Source: the human T2T-CHM13v2.0 reference genome, Homo sapiens | Assembly (NCBI RefSeq): GCF_009914755.1 | Contig: NC_060943.1 | Strand: one strand, 5' to 3' | DNA length: 64,000 nucleotides | Shown here: in pieces, positions 38,401-53,400 of the stretch | How positions within the stretch are numbered: position 1 is the first letter of the stretch | Layout of the letters: every line of letters begins with the position of its first letter | Made by a program: the position numbers and the translations under genes | Notes under the pieces: model-generated | Seen by the model: only the letters and a program-made list of their open reading frames with translations | Databases searched by the model: none | Told to the model about the DNA's origin: nothing

Positions 38401-41400
38401 GAAACACTCTTTTGAACAATTGCAGGTGAATCTTTGGAGCGCTTTGAAGCCTTTGTTGGAAATGGGAATATCTTCACACACAAACTAGCCAGAAGCATTC
38501 TCAGAAACTTCTTTGTGATGTGTGCGTTGAACCCAGAGAGATGAACCTTTCCTTGGATAGAGCAGTTTTGAAACGTGTTTTTGTAAGATCTGCAAGCGGA
38601 TAATTGGCTTCGCTTTGTGTCCTTTGGTGGAAACGGGAATATCTTCTAATAAAAACTAGACAGAAATATTCTCAGAATCTCCTTTGTGATGTGGGCATTC
38701 AACTAACACAGTTGAACATTTCTTTTCACAGAGCAGTTTTGAAACACTCTTTTGGTAGAATCTGCCAGTGGATATTTGGAGCGCTTTGAGGGCTGTTGTG
38801 CCAATGGAAATATCTGCCCCTAAAATCTAGACAGAAGCATTCTCAGAAACTACTTCGTGATGTTTGCATTCAACTCACAGAGTTGAACATACCTCTTCAC
38901 AGAGCAGTTTTGAAAACCTCTTTTTGTAGAATCTGCAAGTGGATATTCGGAGCACTTTGAGGCCTTCATAGGAAACAGTAATATCTTCGCATAAAAACTA
39001 GATAGAAGCATTGTCAGGAAGTTCTTTGTGATGTGTGAATTCAACTCACAGAGTTGAAACTTCCTTTAATAGAGCAGTGTTGAAACACTCTTTTTCTAGA
39101 ATCTGCAAGTAGATATTTGGAGCGCTTGGAGGCCTTCGTTGTAAACCGGAATATCTTCACAGGAAATGTAGATAGAGGCATTCTCGGAAACTTTTTTGTG
39201 ATATGTAGATTCAACTCACAGCGTTGAACCTTTCTTTGGATGGAGCAGTTTTGAAAAACTCTTTTATCGAATCTGCAGGTAGACATTTGGGGTGCTTTGA
39301 GGGCTGTGGTGCAAAAGGAAATGTCTTCCCATAGAAACTAGACTGAAGCATTCTCAGCAACTTCTTGGTGACGTTTGCATTCATCTCACAGTGTTGAACA
39401 TACCTTTCCATAGAGTAGTTTTGAAACACTGTTTGTGTAGAATCGGTAAGTGGATATTTGGACTGCTTTGAGGCCTTCATCGGAAACGGGAATATCTTCA
39501 CATAAACACTAGAGAGAAGCATTCTCAGAAACTTCTTTGTGATCTGTCCATTCAACTCACAGAGTTGAACCTTCCTTTTTATGGAGCAGTTTTGAATCAC
39601 TGTTTTTGGAGAATCTGCAAGTGGATATTTGGAGCGCTTTGAGGCCTATGGTAGAAAAAGAAATATCTGCCTCTAAAAACCAGACAGAAGCATTCCGAGA
39701 AACTTCTCTGTGATGTTTGCATTCAACTAGCAGAGTTGAACCTTCCTTTTGATAGGGTAGTTTGGAAACACTCTTTTTGTAGAATCTGCATGTGGATATC
39801 TGGAGCGGTTTGAGGCCTACGGTCAAAAAGGAAATATCTTCCTGGGAAAAATAGACGAAAGCATTCTCAGAAACTGCTTTGTGATATGTGCATTCGACTG
39901 ACCGAGTTGAAACTTTTTTTTGATAGAGCAGTTTTGAAACACTCTGTAGAATCTGAAAGTGGATATTTGGAGCTCTTTGAGGGCTATGGCGGAAAAGAAA
40001 CTATATTCACATTAAAGTAGACAGCAGCATTCTCAGAAACTTCTTTAGGATGTTTGCAGTAAACTCACAGAGTTGAACATACCTTTCCGTAGAGCAGTTT
40101 TGAAACACTCTGTTTGTGGGATCCGCAAGGGGATATTTGGACCGCTTTGAGACCTTTGCTGGAAATGGGAATATCTTCACATATAAACTAGACAGAAGCA
40201 TTCTCAGAAACTTCTTCGTGATGTGTGCATTCTACTCCCGAATTTGAATCTTCCTTTTCATGAAGCAGTTTTGAAACACTCTGTTTGTGCAATCCACAAT
40301 TGGATAATTGGAACGCTTTGATGCCCATGGTAGAAAAGGAAATATCCTCATATAAAAACTAGACAGAAGGATTCACAGAAAATGCTTTGTGATGTGTGCA
40401 TTCAAATCACGGAGTTGAATCTTTCTTTTGTCAGAGCAGTTTTGAAACACTGTTTCTGTGGAATCTGCCAGCGGACACTTGGAGCGCTTTGAGGGCTATG
40501 GTGGAGAAGGAAATATCTTCCCATAAAAACTAGAAAGAAGCATTCTCAGAAACATTTATGTGAAGCGTGCATTCAACTCACAGAGTTGAACCTTCCTTTG
40601 GATACAACAGTTTTGAAACACTCTTTTGAACAATTGCAGGTGAATCTTTGGAGCGCTTTGAAGCCTTTGTTGGAAATGGGAATATCTTCACACACAAACT
40701 AGCCAGAAGCATTCTCAGAAACTTCTTTGTGATGTGTGCGTTGAACCCAGAGAGATGAACCTTTCCTTGGATAGAGCAGTTTTGAAACGTGTTTTTGTAA
40801 GATCTGCAAGCGGATAATTGGCTTCGCTTTGTGTCCTTTGGTGGAAACGGGAATATCTTCTAATAAAAACTAGACAGAAATATTCTCACAATCTCCTTTG
40901 TGATGTGGGCATTCAACTAACACAGTTGAACATTTCTTTTCACAGAGCAGTTTTGAAACACTCTTTTGGTAGAATCTGCCAGTGGATATTTGGAGCGCTT
41001 TGAGGGCTGTTGTGCCAATGGAAATATCTGCCCCTAAAATCTAGACAGAAGCATTCTCAGAAACTACTTCGTGATGTTTGCATTCAACTCACAGAGTTGA
41101 ACATACCTCTTCACAGAGCAGTTTTGAAAACCTCTTTTTGTAGAATCTGCAAGTGGATATTCGGAGCACTTTGAGGCCTTCATAGGAAACAGTAATATCT
41201 TCGCATAAAAACTAGATAGAAGCATTGTCAGGAAGTTCTTTGTGATGTGTGAATTCAACTCACAGAGTTGAACCTTCCTTTAATAGAGCAGTTTTGAAAC
41301 ACTCTTTTTCTAGAATCTGCAAGTAGATATTTGGAGCGCTTGGAGGCCTTCTTTGGAAACCGGAATATCTTCAAAGGAAATGTAGATAGAGGCATTCTCA

Positions 41401-44400
41401 GAAACTTTTTTGTGATATGTAGATTCAACTCACAGCGTTGAACCTTTCTTTGGATGGAGCAGTTTTGAAAAACTCTTTTATCGAATCTGCAGGTAGACAT
41501 TTGGGGTGCTTTGAGGGCTGTGGTGCAAAAGGAAATGTCTTCCCATAGAAACTAGACTGAAGCATTCTCAGCAACTTCTTTGTGACGTTTGCATTCATCT
41601 CACAGTGTTGAACATACCTTTCCATAGAGTAGTTTTGAAACACTGTTTGTGTAGAATCGGCAAGTGGATATTTGGACTGCTTTGAGGCCTTCATCGGAAA
41701 CGGGAATATCTTCACATAAACACTAGAGAGAAGCATTCTCAGAAACTTCTTTGTGATCTGTCCATTCAACTCACAGAGTTGAACCTTCCTTTTTATGGAG
41801 CAGTTTTGAATCACTGTTTTTGGAGAATCTGCAAGTGGATATTTGGAGCGCTTTGAGGCCTATGGTAGAAAAAGAAATATCTGCCTCTAAAAACCAGACA
41901 GAAGCATTCCGAGAAACTTCTCTGTGATGTTTGCCTTCAACTAGCAGAGTTGAACCTTCCTTTTGATAGGGCAGTTTGGAAACACTCTTTTTGTAGAATC
42001 TGCATGTGGATATATGGAGCGGTTTGAGGCCTACGGTCAAAAAGGAAATATCTTCCTGGGATAAATAGACGAAAGCATTCTCAGAAACTGCTTTGTGATA
42101 TGTGCATTCGACTCACCGAGTTGAAACTTTTTTTTGATAGAGCAGTTTTGAAACACTCTGTAGAATCTGAAAGTGGATATTTGGAGCTCTTTGAGGGCTA
42201 TGGCGGCAAAGAAACTATATTCACATTAAAGTAGACAGCAGCATTCTCAGAAACCTCTTTAGGATGTTTGCAGTAAACTCACAGAGTTGAACATACCTTT
42301 CCGTAGAGCAGTTTTGAAACACTCTGTTTGTGGGATCCGCAAGGGGATATTTGGACCGCTTTGAGACCTTTGCTGGAAATGGGAATATCTTCACATATAA
42401 ACTAGACAGAAGCATTCTCAGAAACTTCTTCGTGATGTGTGCATTCTACTCCCAAATTTGAATCTTCCTTTTCATGAAGCAGTTTTGAAACACTCTGTTT
42501 GTGCAATCCACAATTGGATAATTGGAACGCTTTGATGCCCATGGTAGAAAAGGAAATATCCTCATATAAAAACTAGACAGAAGGATTCACAGAAAATGCT
42601 TTGTGATGTGTGCATTCAAATCACGGAGTTGAATCTTTCTTTTGTCAGAGCAGTTTTGAAACACTGTTTCTGTGGAATCTGCCAGCGGACACTTGGAGCG
42701 CTTTGAGGGCTATGGTGGAGAAGGAAATATCTTCCCATAAAAACTAGAAAGAAGCATTCTCAGAAACATTTATGTGAAGCGTGCATTCAACTCACAGAGT
42801 TGAACCTTCCTTTGGATACAACAGTTTTGAAACACTCTTTTGAACAATTGCAGGTGAATCTTTGGAGCGCTTTGAAGCCTTTGTTGGAAATGGGAATATC
42901 TTCACACACAAACTAGCCAGAAGCATTCTCAGAAACTTCTTTGTGATGTGTGCGTTGAACCCAGAGAGATGAACCTTTCCTTGGATAGAGCAGTTTTGAA
43001 ACGTGTTTTTGTAAGATCTGCAAGCGGATAATTGGCTTCGCTTTGTGTCCTTTGGTGGAAACGGGAATATCTTCTAATAAAAACTAGACAGAAATATTCT
43101 CAGAATCTCCTTTGTGATGTGGGCATTCAACTAACACAGTTGAACATTTCTTTTCACAGAGCAGTTTTGAAACACTCTTTTGGTAGAATCTGCCAGTGGA
43201 TATTTGGAGCGCTTTGAGGGCTGTTGTGCCAATGGAAATATCTGCCCCTAAAATCTAGACAGAAGCATTCTCAGAAACTACTTCGTGATGTTTGCATTCA
43301 ACTCACAGAGTTGAACATACCTCTTCACAGAGCAGTTTTGAAAACCTCTTTTTGTAGAATCTGCAAGTGGATATTCGGAGCACTTTGAGGCCTTCATAGG
43401 AAACAGTAATATCTTCGCATAAAAACTAGATAGAAGCATTGTCAGGAAGTTCTTTGTGATGTGTGAATTCAACTCACAGAGTTGAACCTTCCTTTAATAG
43501 AGCAGTGTTGAAACACTCTTTTTCTAGAATCTGCAAGTAGATATTTGGAGCGCTTGGAGGCCTTTGTTGTAAACCGGAATATCTTCACAGGAAATGTAGA
43601 TAGAGGCATTCTCAGAAACTTTTTTGTGATATGTAGATTCAACTCACAGCGTTGAACCTTTCTTTGGATGGAGAAGTTTTGAAAAACTCTTTTATCGAAT
43701 CTGCAGGTAGACATTTGGGGTGCTTTGAGGGCTGTGGTGCAAAAGGAAATGTCTTCCCATAGAAACTAGACTGAAGCATTCTCAGCAACTTCTTGGTGAC
43801 GTTTGCATTCATCTCACAGTGTTGAACATACCTTTCCATAGAGTAGTTTTGAAACACTGTTTGTGTAGAATCGGTAAGTGGATATTTGGACTGCTTTGAG
43901 GCCTTCATCGGAAACGGGAATATCTTCACATAAACACTAGAGAGAAGCATTCTCAGAAACTTCTTTGTGATCTGTCCATTCAACTCACAGAGATGACCTT
44001 CCTTTTTATGGAGCAGTTTTGAATCACTGTTTTTGGAGAATCTGCAAGTGGATATTTGGAGCGCTTTGAGGCCTATGGTAGAAAAAGAAATATCTGCCTC
44101 TAAAAACCAGACAGAAGCATTCCGAGAAACTTCTCTGTGATGTTTGCATTCAAGTAGCAGAGTTGAACCTTCCTTTTGATAGGGTAGTTTGGAAACACTC
44201 TTTTTGTAGAATCTGCATGTGGATATCTGTAGCGGTTTGAGGCCTACGGTCAAAAAGGAAATATCTTCCTGGGAAAAATAGACGAAAGCATTCTCAGAAA
44301 CTGCTTTGTGATATGTGCATTCGACTGACCGAGTTGAAACTTTTTTTTGATAGAGCAGTTTTGAAACACTCTGTAGAATCTGAAAGTGGATATTTGGAGC

Positions 44401-47400
44401 TCTTTGAGGGCTATGGCGGAAAAGAAACTATATTCACATTAAAGTAGACAGCAGCATTCTCAGAAACTTCTTTAGGATGTTTGCAGTAAACTCACAGAGT
44501 TGAACATACCTTTCCGTAGAGCAGTTTTGAAACACTCTGTTTGTGGGATCCGCAAGGGGATATTTGGACCGCTTTGAGACCTTTGCTGGAAATGGGAATA
44601 TCTTCACATATAAACTAGACAGAAGCATTCTCAGAAACTTCTTCGTGATGTGTGCATTCTACTCCCGAATTTGAATCTTCCTTTTCATGAAGCAGTTTTG
44701 AAACACTCTGTTTGTGCAATCCACAATTGGATAATTGGAACGCTTTGATGCCCATGGTAGAAAAGGAAATATCCTCATATAAAAACTAGACAGAAGGATT
44801 CACAGAAAATGCTTTGTGATGTGTGCATTCAAATCACGGAGTTGAATCTTTCTTTTGTCAGAGCAGTTTTGAAACACTGTTTCTGTGGAATCTGCCAGCG
44901 GACACTTGGAGCGCTTTGAGGGCTATGGTGGAGAAGGAAATATCTTCCCATAAAAACTAGAAAGAAGCATTCTCAGAAACATTTATGTGAAGCGTGCATT
45001 CAACTCACAGAGTTGAACCTTCCTTTGGATACAACAGTTTTGAAACACTCTTTTGAACAATTGCAGGTGAATCTTTGGAGCGCTTTGAAGCCTTTGTTGG
45101 AAATGGGAATATCTTCACACACAAACTAGCCAGAAGCATTCTCAGAAACTTCTTTGTGATGTGTGCGTTGAACCCAGAGAGATGAACCTTTCCTTGGATA
45201 GAGCAGTTTTGAAACGTGTTTTTGTAAGATCTGCAAGCGGATAATTGGCTTCGCTTTGTGTCCTTTGGTGGAAACGGGAATATCTTCTAATAAAAACTAG
45301 ACAGAAATATTCTCACAATCTCCTTTGTGATGTGGGCATTCAACTAACACAGTTGAACATTTCTTTTCACAGAGCAGTTTTGAAACACTCTTTTGGTAGA
45401 ATCTGCCAGTGGATATTTGGAGCGCTTTGAGGGCTGTTGTGCCAATGGAAATATCTGCCCCTAAAATCTAGACAGAAGCATTCTCAGAAACTACTTCGTG
45501 ATGTTTGCATTCAACTCACAGAGTTGAACATACCTCTTCACAGAGCAGTTTTGAAAACCTCTTTTTGTAGAATCTGCAAGTGGATATTCGGAGCACTTTG
45601 AGGCCTTCATAGGAAACAGTAATATCTTCGCATAAAAACTAGATAGAAGCATTGTCAGGAAGTTCTTTGTGATGTGTGAATTCAACTCACAGAGTTGAAC
45701 CTTCCTTTAATAGAGCAGTTTTGAAACACTCTTTTTCTAGAATCTGCAAGTAGATATTTGGAGCGCTTGGAGGCCTTCTTTGGAAACCGGAATATCTTCA
45801 AAGGAAATGTAGATAGAGGCATTCTCAGAAACTTTTTTGTGATATGTAGATTCAACTCACAGCGTTGAACCTTTCTTTGGATGGAGCAGTTTTGAAAAAC
45901 TCTTTTATTGAATCTGCAGGTAGACATTTGGGGTGCTTTGAGGGCTGTGGTGCAAAAGGAAATGTCTTCCCATAGAAACTAGACTGAAGCATTCTCAGCA
46001 ACTTCTTTGTGACGTTTGCATTCATCTCACAGTGTTGAACATACCTTTCCATAGAGTAGTTTTGAAACACTGTTTGTGTAGAATCGGCAAGTGGATATTT
46101 GGACTGCTTTGAGGCCTTCATCGGAAACGGGAATATCTTCACATAAACACTAGAGAGAAGCATTCTCAGAAACTTCTTTGTGATCTGTCCATTCAACTCA
46201 CAGAGTTGAACCTTCCTTTTTATGGAGCAGTTTTGAATCACTGTTTTTGGAGAATCTGCAAGTGGATATTTGGAGCGCTTTGAGGCCTATGGTAGAAAAA
46301 GAAATATCTGCCTCTAAAAACCAGACAGAAGCATTCCGAGAAACTTCTCTGTGATGTTTGCCTTCAACTAGCAGAGTTGAACCTTCCTTTTGATAGGGCA
46401 GTTTGGAAACACTCTTTTTGTAGAATCTGCATGTGGATATCTGGAGCGGTTTGAGGCCTACGGTCAAAAAGGAAATATCTTCCTGGGATAAATAGACGAA
46501 AGCATTCTCAGAAACTGCTTTGTGATATGTGCATTCGACTCACCGAGTTGAAACTTTTTTTTGATAGAGCAGTTTTGAAACACTCTGTAGAATCTGAAAG
46601 TGGATATTTGGAGCTCTTTGAGGGCTATGGCGGCAAAGAAACTATATTCACATTAAAGTAGACAGCAGCATTCTCAGAAACTTCTTTAGGATGTTTGCAG
46701 TAAACTCACAGAGTTGAACATACCTTTCCGTAGAGCAGTTTTGAAACACTCTGTTTGTGGGATCCGCAAGGGGATATTTGGACCGCTTTGAGACCTTTGC
46801 TGGAAATGGGAATATCTTCACATATAAACTAGACAGAAGCATTCTCAGAAACTTCTTCGTGATGTGTGCATTCTACTCCCAAATTTGAATCTTCCTTTTC
46901 ATGAAGCAGTTTTGAAACACTCTGTTTGTGCAATCCACAATTGGATAATTGGAACGCTTTGATGCCCATGGTAGAAAAGGAAATATCCTCATATAAAAAC
47001 TAGACAGAAGGATTCACAGAAAATGCTTTGTGATGTGTGCATTCAAATCACGGAGTTGAATCTTTCTTTTGTCAGAGCAGTTTTGAAACACTGTTTCTGT
47101 GGAATCTGCCAGCGGACACTTGGAGCGCTTTGAGGGCTATGGTGGAGAAGGAAATATCTTCCCATAAAAACTAGAAAGAAGCATTCTCAGAAACATTTAT
47201 GTGAAGCGTGCATTCAACTCACAGAGTTGAACCTTCCTTTGGATACAACAGTTTTGAAACACTCTTTTGAACAATTGCAGGTGAATCTTTGGAGCGCTTT
47301 GAAGCCTTTGTTGGAAATGGGAATATCTTCACACACAAACTAGCCAGAAGCATTCTCAGAAACTTCTTTGTGATGTGTGCGTTGAACCCAGAGAGATGAA

Positions 47401-50400
47401 CCTTTCCTTGGATAGAGCAGTTTTGAAACGTGTTTTTGTAAGATCTGCAAGCGGATAATTGGCTTCGCTTTGTGTCCTTTGGTGGAAACGGGAATATCTT
47501 CTAATAAAAACTAGACAGAAATATTCTCAGAATCTCCTTTGTGATGTGGGCATTCAACTAACACAGTTGAACATTTCTTTTCACAGAGCAGTTTTGAAAC
47601 ACTCTTTTGGTAGAATCTGCCAGTGGATATTTGGAGCGCTTTGAGGGCTGTTGTGCCAATGGAAATATCTGCCCCTAAAATCTAGACAGAAGCATTCTCA
47701 GAAACTACTTCGTGATGTTTGCATTCAACTCACAGAGTTGAACATACCTCTTCACAGAGCAGTTTTGAAAACCTCTTTTTGTAGAATCTGCAAGTGGATA
47801 TTCGGAGCACTTTGAGGCCTTCATAGGAAACAGTAATATCTTCGCATAAAAACTAGATAGAAGCATTGTCAGGAAGTTCTTTGTGATGTGTGAATTCAAC
47901 TCACAGAGTTGAAACTTCCTTTAATAGAGCAGTGTTGAAACACTCTTTTTCTAGAATCTGCAAGTAGATATTTGGAGCGCTTGGAGGCCTTCGTTGTAAA
48001 CCGGAATATCTTCACAGGAAATGTAGATAGAGGCATTCTCAGAAACTTTTTTGTGATATGTAGATTCAACTCACAGCGTTGAACCTTTCTTTGGATGGAG
48101 CAGTTTTGAAAAACTCTTTTATCGAATCTGCAGGTAGACATTTGGGGTGCTTTGAGGGCTGTGGTGCAAAAGGAAATGTCTTCCCATAGAAACTAGACTG
48201 AAGCATTCTCAGCAACTTCTTGGTGACGTTTGCATTCATCTCACAGTGTTGAACATACCTTTCCATAGAGTAGTTTTGAAACACTGTTTGTGTAGAATCG
48301 GTAAGTGGATATTTGGACTGCTTTGAGGCCTTCATCGGAAACGGGAATATCTTCACATAAACACTAGAGAGAAGCATTCTCAGAAACTTCTTTGTGATCT
48401 GTCCATTCAACTCACAGAGTTGAACCTTCCTTTTTATGGAGCAGTTTTGAATCACTGTTTTTGGAGAATCTGCAAGTGGATATTTGGAGCGCTTTGAGGC
48501 CTATGGTAGAAAAAGAAATATCTGCCTCTAAAAACCAGACAGAAGCATTCCGAGAAACTTCTCTGTGATGTTTGCATTCAAGTAGCAGAGTTGAACCTTC
48601 CTTTTGATAGGGTAGTTTGGAAACACTCTTTTTGTAGAATCTGCATGTGGATATCTGGAGCGGTTTTAGGCCTACGGTCAAAAAGGAAATATCTTCCTGG
48701 GAAAAATAGACGAAAGCATTCTCAGAAACTGCTTTGTGATATGTGCATTCGACTGACCGAGTTGAAACTTTTTTTTGATAGAGCAGTTTTGAAACACTCT
48801 GTAGAATCTGAAAGTGGATATTTGGAGCTCTTTGAGGGCTATGGCGGAAAAGAAACTATATTCACATTAAAGTAGACAGCAGCATTCTCAGAAACTTCTT
48901 TAGGATGTTTGCAGTAAACTCACAGAGTTGAACATACCTTTCCGTAGAGCAGTTTTGAAACACTCTGTTTGTGGGATCCGCAAGGGGATATTTGGACCGC
49001 TTTGAGACCTTTGCTGGAAATGGGAATATCTTCACATATAAACTAGACAGAAGCATTCTCAGAAACTTCTTCGTGATGTGTGCATTCTACTCCCAAATTT
49101 GAATCTTCCTTTTCATGAAGCAGTTTTGAAACACTCTGTTTGTGCAATCCACAATTGGATAATTGGAACGCTTTGATGCCCATGGTAGAAAAGGAAATAT
49201 CCTCATATAAAAACTAGACAGAAGGATTCACAGAAAATGCTTTGTGATGTGTGCATTCAAATCACGGAGTTGAATCTTTCTTTTGTCAGAGCAGTTTTGA
49301 AACACTGTTTCTGTGGAATCTGCCAGCGGACACTTGGAGCGCTTTGAGGGCTATGGTGGAGAAGGAAATATCTTCCCATAAAAACTAGAAAGAAGCATTC
49401 TCAGAAACATTTATGTGAAGCGTGCATTCAACTCACAGAGTTGAACCTTCCTTTGGATACAACAGTTTTGAAACACTCTTTTGAACAATTGCAGGTGAAT
49501 CTTTGGAGCGCTTTGAAGCCTTTGTTGGAAATGGGAATATCTTCACACACAAACTAGCCAGAAGCATTCTCAGAAACTTCTTTGTGATGTGTGCGTTGAA
49601 CCCAGAGAGATGAACCTTTCCTTGGATAGAGCAGTTTTGAAACGTGTTTTTGTAAGATCTGCAAGCGGATAATTGGCTTCGCTTTGTGTCCTTTGGTGGA
49701 AACGGGAATATCTTCTAATAAAAACTAGACAGAAATATTCTCACAATCTCCTTTGTGATGTGGGCATTCAACTAACACAGTTGAACATTTCTTTTCACAG
49801 AGCAGTTTTGAAACACTCTTTTGGTAGAATCTGCCAGTGGATATTTGGAGCGCTTTGAGGGCTGTTGTGCCAATGGAAATATCTGCCCCTAAAATCTAGA
49901 CAGAAGCATTCTCAGAAACTACTTCGTGATGTTTGCATTCAACTCACAGAGTTGAACATACCTCTTCACAGAGCAGTTTTGAAAACCTCTTTTTGTAGAA
50001 TCTGCAAGTGGATATTCGGAGCACTTTGAGGCCTTCATAGGAAACAGTAATATCTTCGCATAAAAACTAGATAGAAGCATTGTCAGGAAGTTCTTTGTGA
50101 TGTGTGAATTCAACTCACAGAGTTGAACCTTCCTTTAATAGAGCAGTTTTGAAACACTCTTTTTCTAGAATCTGCAAGTAGATATTTGGAGCGCTTGGAG
50201 GACTTCGTTGGAAACCGGAATATCTTCACAGGAAATGTAGATAGAGGCATTCTCAGAAACTTTTTTGTGATATGTAGATTCAACTCACAGCGTTGAACCT
50301 TTCTTTGGATGGAGCAGTTTTGAAAAACTCTTTTATCGAATCTGCAGGTAGACATTTGGGGTGCTTTGAGGGCTGTGGTGCAAAAGGAAATGTCTTCCCA

Positions 50401-53400
50401 TAGAAACTAGACTGAAGCATTCTCAGCAACTTCTTTGTGACGTTTGCATTCATCTCACAGTGTTGAACATACCTTTCCATAGAGTAGTTTTGAAACACTG
50501 TTTGTGTAGAATCGGCAAGTGGATATTTGGACTGCTTTGAGGCCTTCATCGGAAACGGGAATATCTTCACATAAACACTAGAGAGAAGCATTCTCAGAAA
50601 CTTCTTTGTGATCTGTCCATTCAACTCACAGAGTTGAACCTTCCTTTTTATGGAGCAGTTTTGAATCACTGTTTTTGGAGAATCTGCAAGTGGATATTTG
50701 GAGCGCTTTGAGGCCTATGGTAGAAAAAGAAATATCTGCCTCTAAAAACCAGACAGAAGCATTCCGAGAAACTTCTCTGTGATGTTTGCATTCAACTAGC
50801 AGAGTTGAACCTTCCTTTTGATAGGGCAGTTTGGAAACACTCTTTTTGTAGAATCTGCATGTGGATATCTGGAGCAGTTTGAGGCCTACGGTCAAAAAGG
50901 AAATATCTTCCTGGGAAAAATAGACGAAAGCATTCTCAGAAAGTGCTTTGTGATATGTGCATTCGACTCACCGAGTTGAAATTTTTTTTTGATAGAGCAG
51001 TTTTGAAACACTCTGTAGAATCTGAAAGTGGATATTTGGAGCTCTTTGAGGGCTATGGCGGCAAAGAAACTATATTCACATTAAAGTAGACAGCAGCATT
51101 CTCAGAAACCTCTTTAGGATGTTTGCAGTAAACTCACAGAGTTGAACATACCTTTCCGTAGAGCAGTTTTGAAACACTCTGTTTGTGGGATCCGCAAGGG
51201 GATATTTGGACCGCTTTGAGACCTTTGCTGGAAATGGGAATATCTTCACATATAAACTAGACAGAAGCATTCTCAGAAACTTCTTCGTGATGTGTGCATT
51301 CTACTCCCAAATTTGAATCTTCCTTTTCATGAAGCAGTTTTGAAACACTCGGTTTGTGCAATCCACAATTGGATAATTGGAACGCTTTGATGCCCATGGT
51401 AGAAAAGGAAATATCCTCATATAAAAACTAGACAGAAGGATTCACAGAAAATGCTTTGTGATGTGTGCATTCAAATCACGGAGTTGAATCTTTCTTTTGT
51501 CAGAGCAGTTTTGAAACACTGTTTCTGTGGAATCTGCCAGCGGACACTTGGAGCGCTTTGAGGGCTATGGTGGAGAAGGAAATATCTTCCCATAAAAACT
51601 AGAAAGAAGCATTCTCAGAAACATTTATGTGAAGCGTGCATTCAACTCACAGAGTTGAACCTTCCTTTGGATACAACAGTTTTGAAACACTCTTTTGAAC
51701 AATTGCAGGTGAATCTTTGGAGCGCTTTGAAGCCTTTGTTGGAAATGGGAATATCTTCACACACAAACTAGCCAGAAGCATTCTCAGAAACTTCTTTGTG
51801 ATGTGTGCGTTGAACCCAGAGAGATGAACCTTTCCTTGGATAGAGCAGTTTTGAAACGTGTTTTTGTAAGATCTGCAAGCGGATAATTGGCTTCGCTTTG
51901 TGTCCTTTGGTGGAAACGGGAATATCTTCTAATAAAAACTAGACAGAAATATTCTCAGAATCTCCTTTGTGATGTGGGCATTCAACTAACACAGTTGAAC
52001 ATTTCTTTTCACAGAGCAGTTTTGAGACACTCTTTTGGTAGAATCTGCCAGTGGATATTTGGAGCGCTTTGAGGGCTGTTGTGCCAATGGAAATATCTGC
52101 CCCTAAAATCTAGACAGAAGCATTCTCAGAAACTACTTCGTGATGTTTGCATTCAACTCACAGAGTTGAACATACCTCTTCACAGAGCAGTTTTGAAAAC
52201 CTCTTTTTGTAGAATCTGCAAGTGGATATTCGGAGCACTTTGAGGCCTTCATAGGAAACAGTAATATCTTCGCATAAAAACTAGATAGAAGCATTGTCAG
52301 GAAGTTCTTTGTGATGTGTGAATTCAACTCACAGAGTTGAACCTTCCTTTAATAGAGCAGTTTTGAAACACTCTTTTTCTAGAATCTGCAAGTAGATATT
52401 TGGAGCGCTTGGAGGACTTCGTTGGAAACCGGAATATCTTCACAGGAAATGTAGATAGAGGCATTCTCAGAAACTTTTTTGTGATATGTAGATTCAACTC
52501 ACAGCGTTGAACCTTTCTTTGGATGGAGCAGTTTTGAAAAACTCTTTTATCGAATCTGCAGGTAGACATTTGGGGAGCTTTGAGGGCTGTGGTGCAAAAG
52601 GAAATGTCTTCCCATAGAAACTAGACTGAAGCATTCTCAGCAACTTCTTTGTGACGTTTGCATTCATCTCACAGTGTTGAACATACCTTTCCATAGAGTA
52701 GTTTTGAAACACTGTTTGTGTAGAATCGGCAAGTGGATATTTGGACTGCTTTGAGGCCTTCATCGGAAACGGGAATATCTTCACATAAACACTAGAGAGA
52801 AGCATTCTCAGAAACTTCTTTGTGATCTGTCCATTCAACTCACAGAGTTGAACCTTCCTTTTTATGGAGCAGTTTTGAATCACTGTTTTTGGAGAATCTG
52901 CAAGTGGATATTTGGAGCGCTTTGAGGCCTATGGTAGAAAAAGAAATATCTGCCTCTAAAAACCAGACAGAAGCATTCCGAGAAACTTCTCTGTGATGTT
53001 TGCATTCAACTAGCAGAGTTGAACCTTCCTTTTGATAGGGCAGTTTGGAAACACTCTTTTTGTAGAATCTGCATGTGGATATCTGGAGCGGTTTGAGGCC
53101 TACGGTCAAAAAGGAAATATCTTCCTGGGAAAAATAGACGAAAGCATTCTCAGAAACTGCTTTGTGATATGTGCATTCGACTCACCGAGTTGAAACTTTT
53201 TTTTGATAGAGCAGTTTTGAAACACTCTGTAGAATCTGAAAGTGGATATTTGGAGCTCTTTGAGGGCTATGGCGGCAAAGAAACTATATTCACATTAAAG
53301 TAGACAGCAGCATTCTCAGAAACTTCTTTAGGATGTTTGCAGTAAACTCACAGAGTTGAACATACCTTTCCGTAGAGCAGTTTTGAAACACTCTGTTTGT

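Noticed and set aside
43639-44253. Longest ORF (204 aa, minus strand)
   Set aside because: It is a chance fusion of two repeat-derived ORFs by the 1-bp deletion at ~43993.
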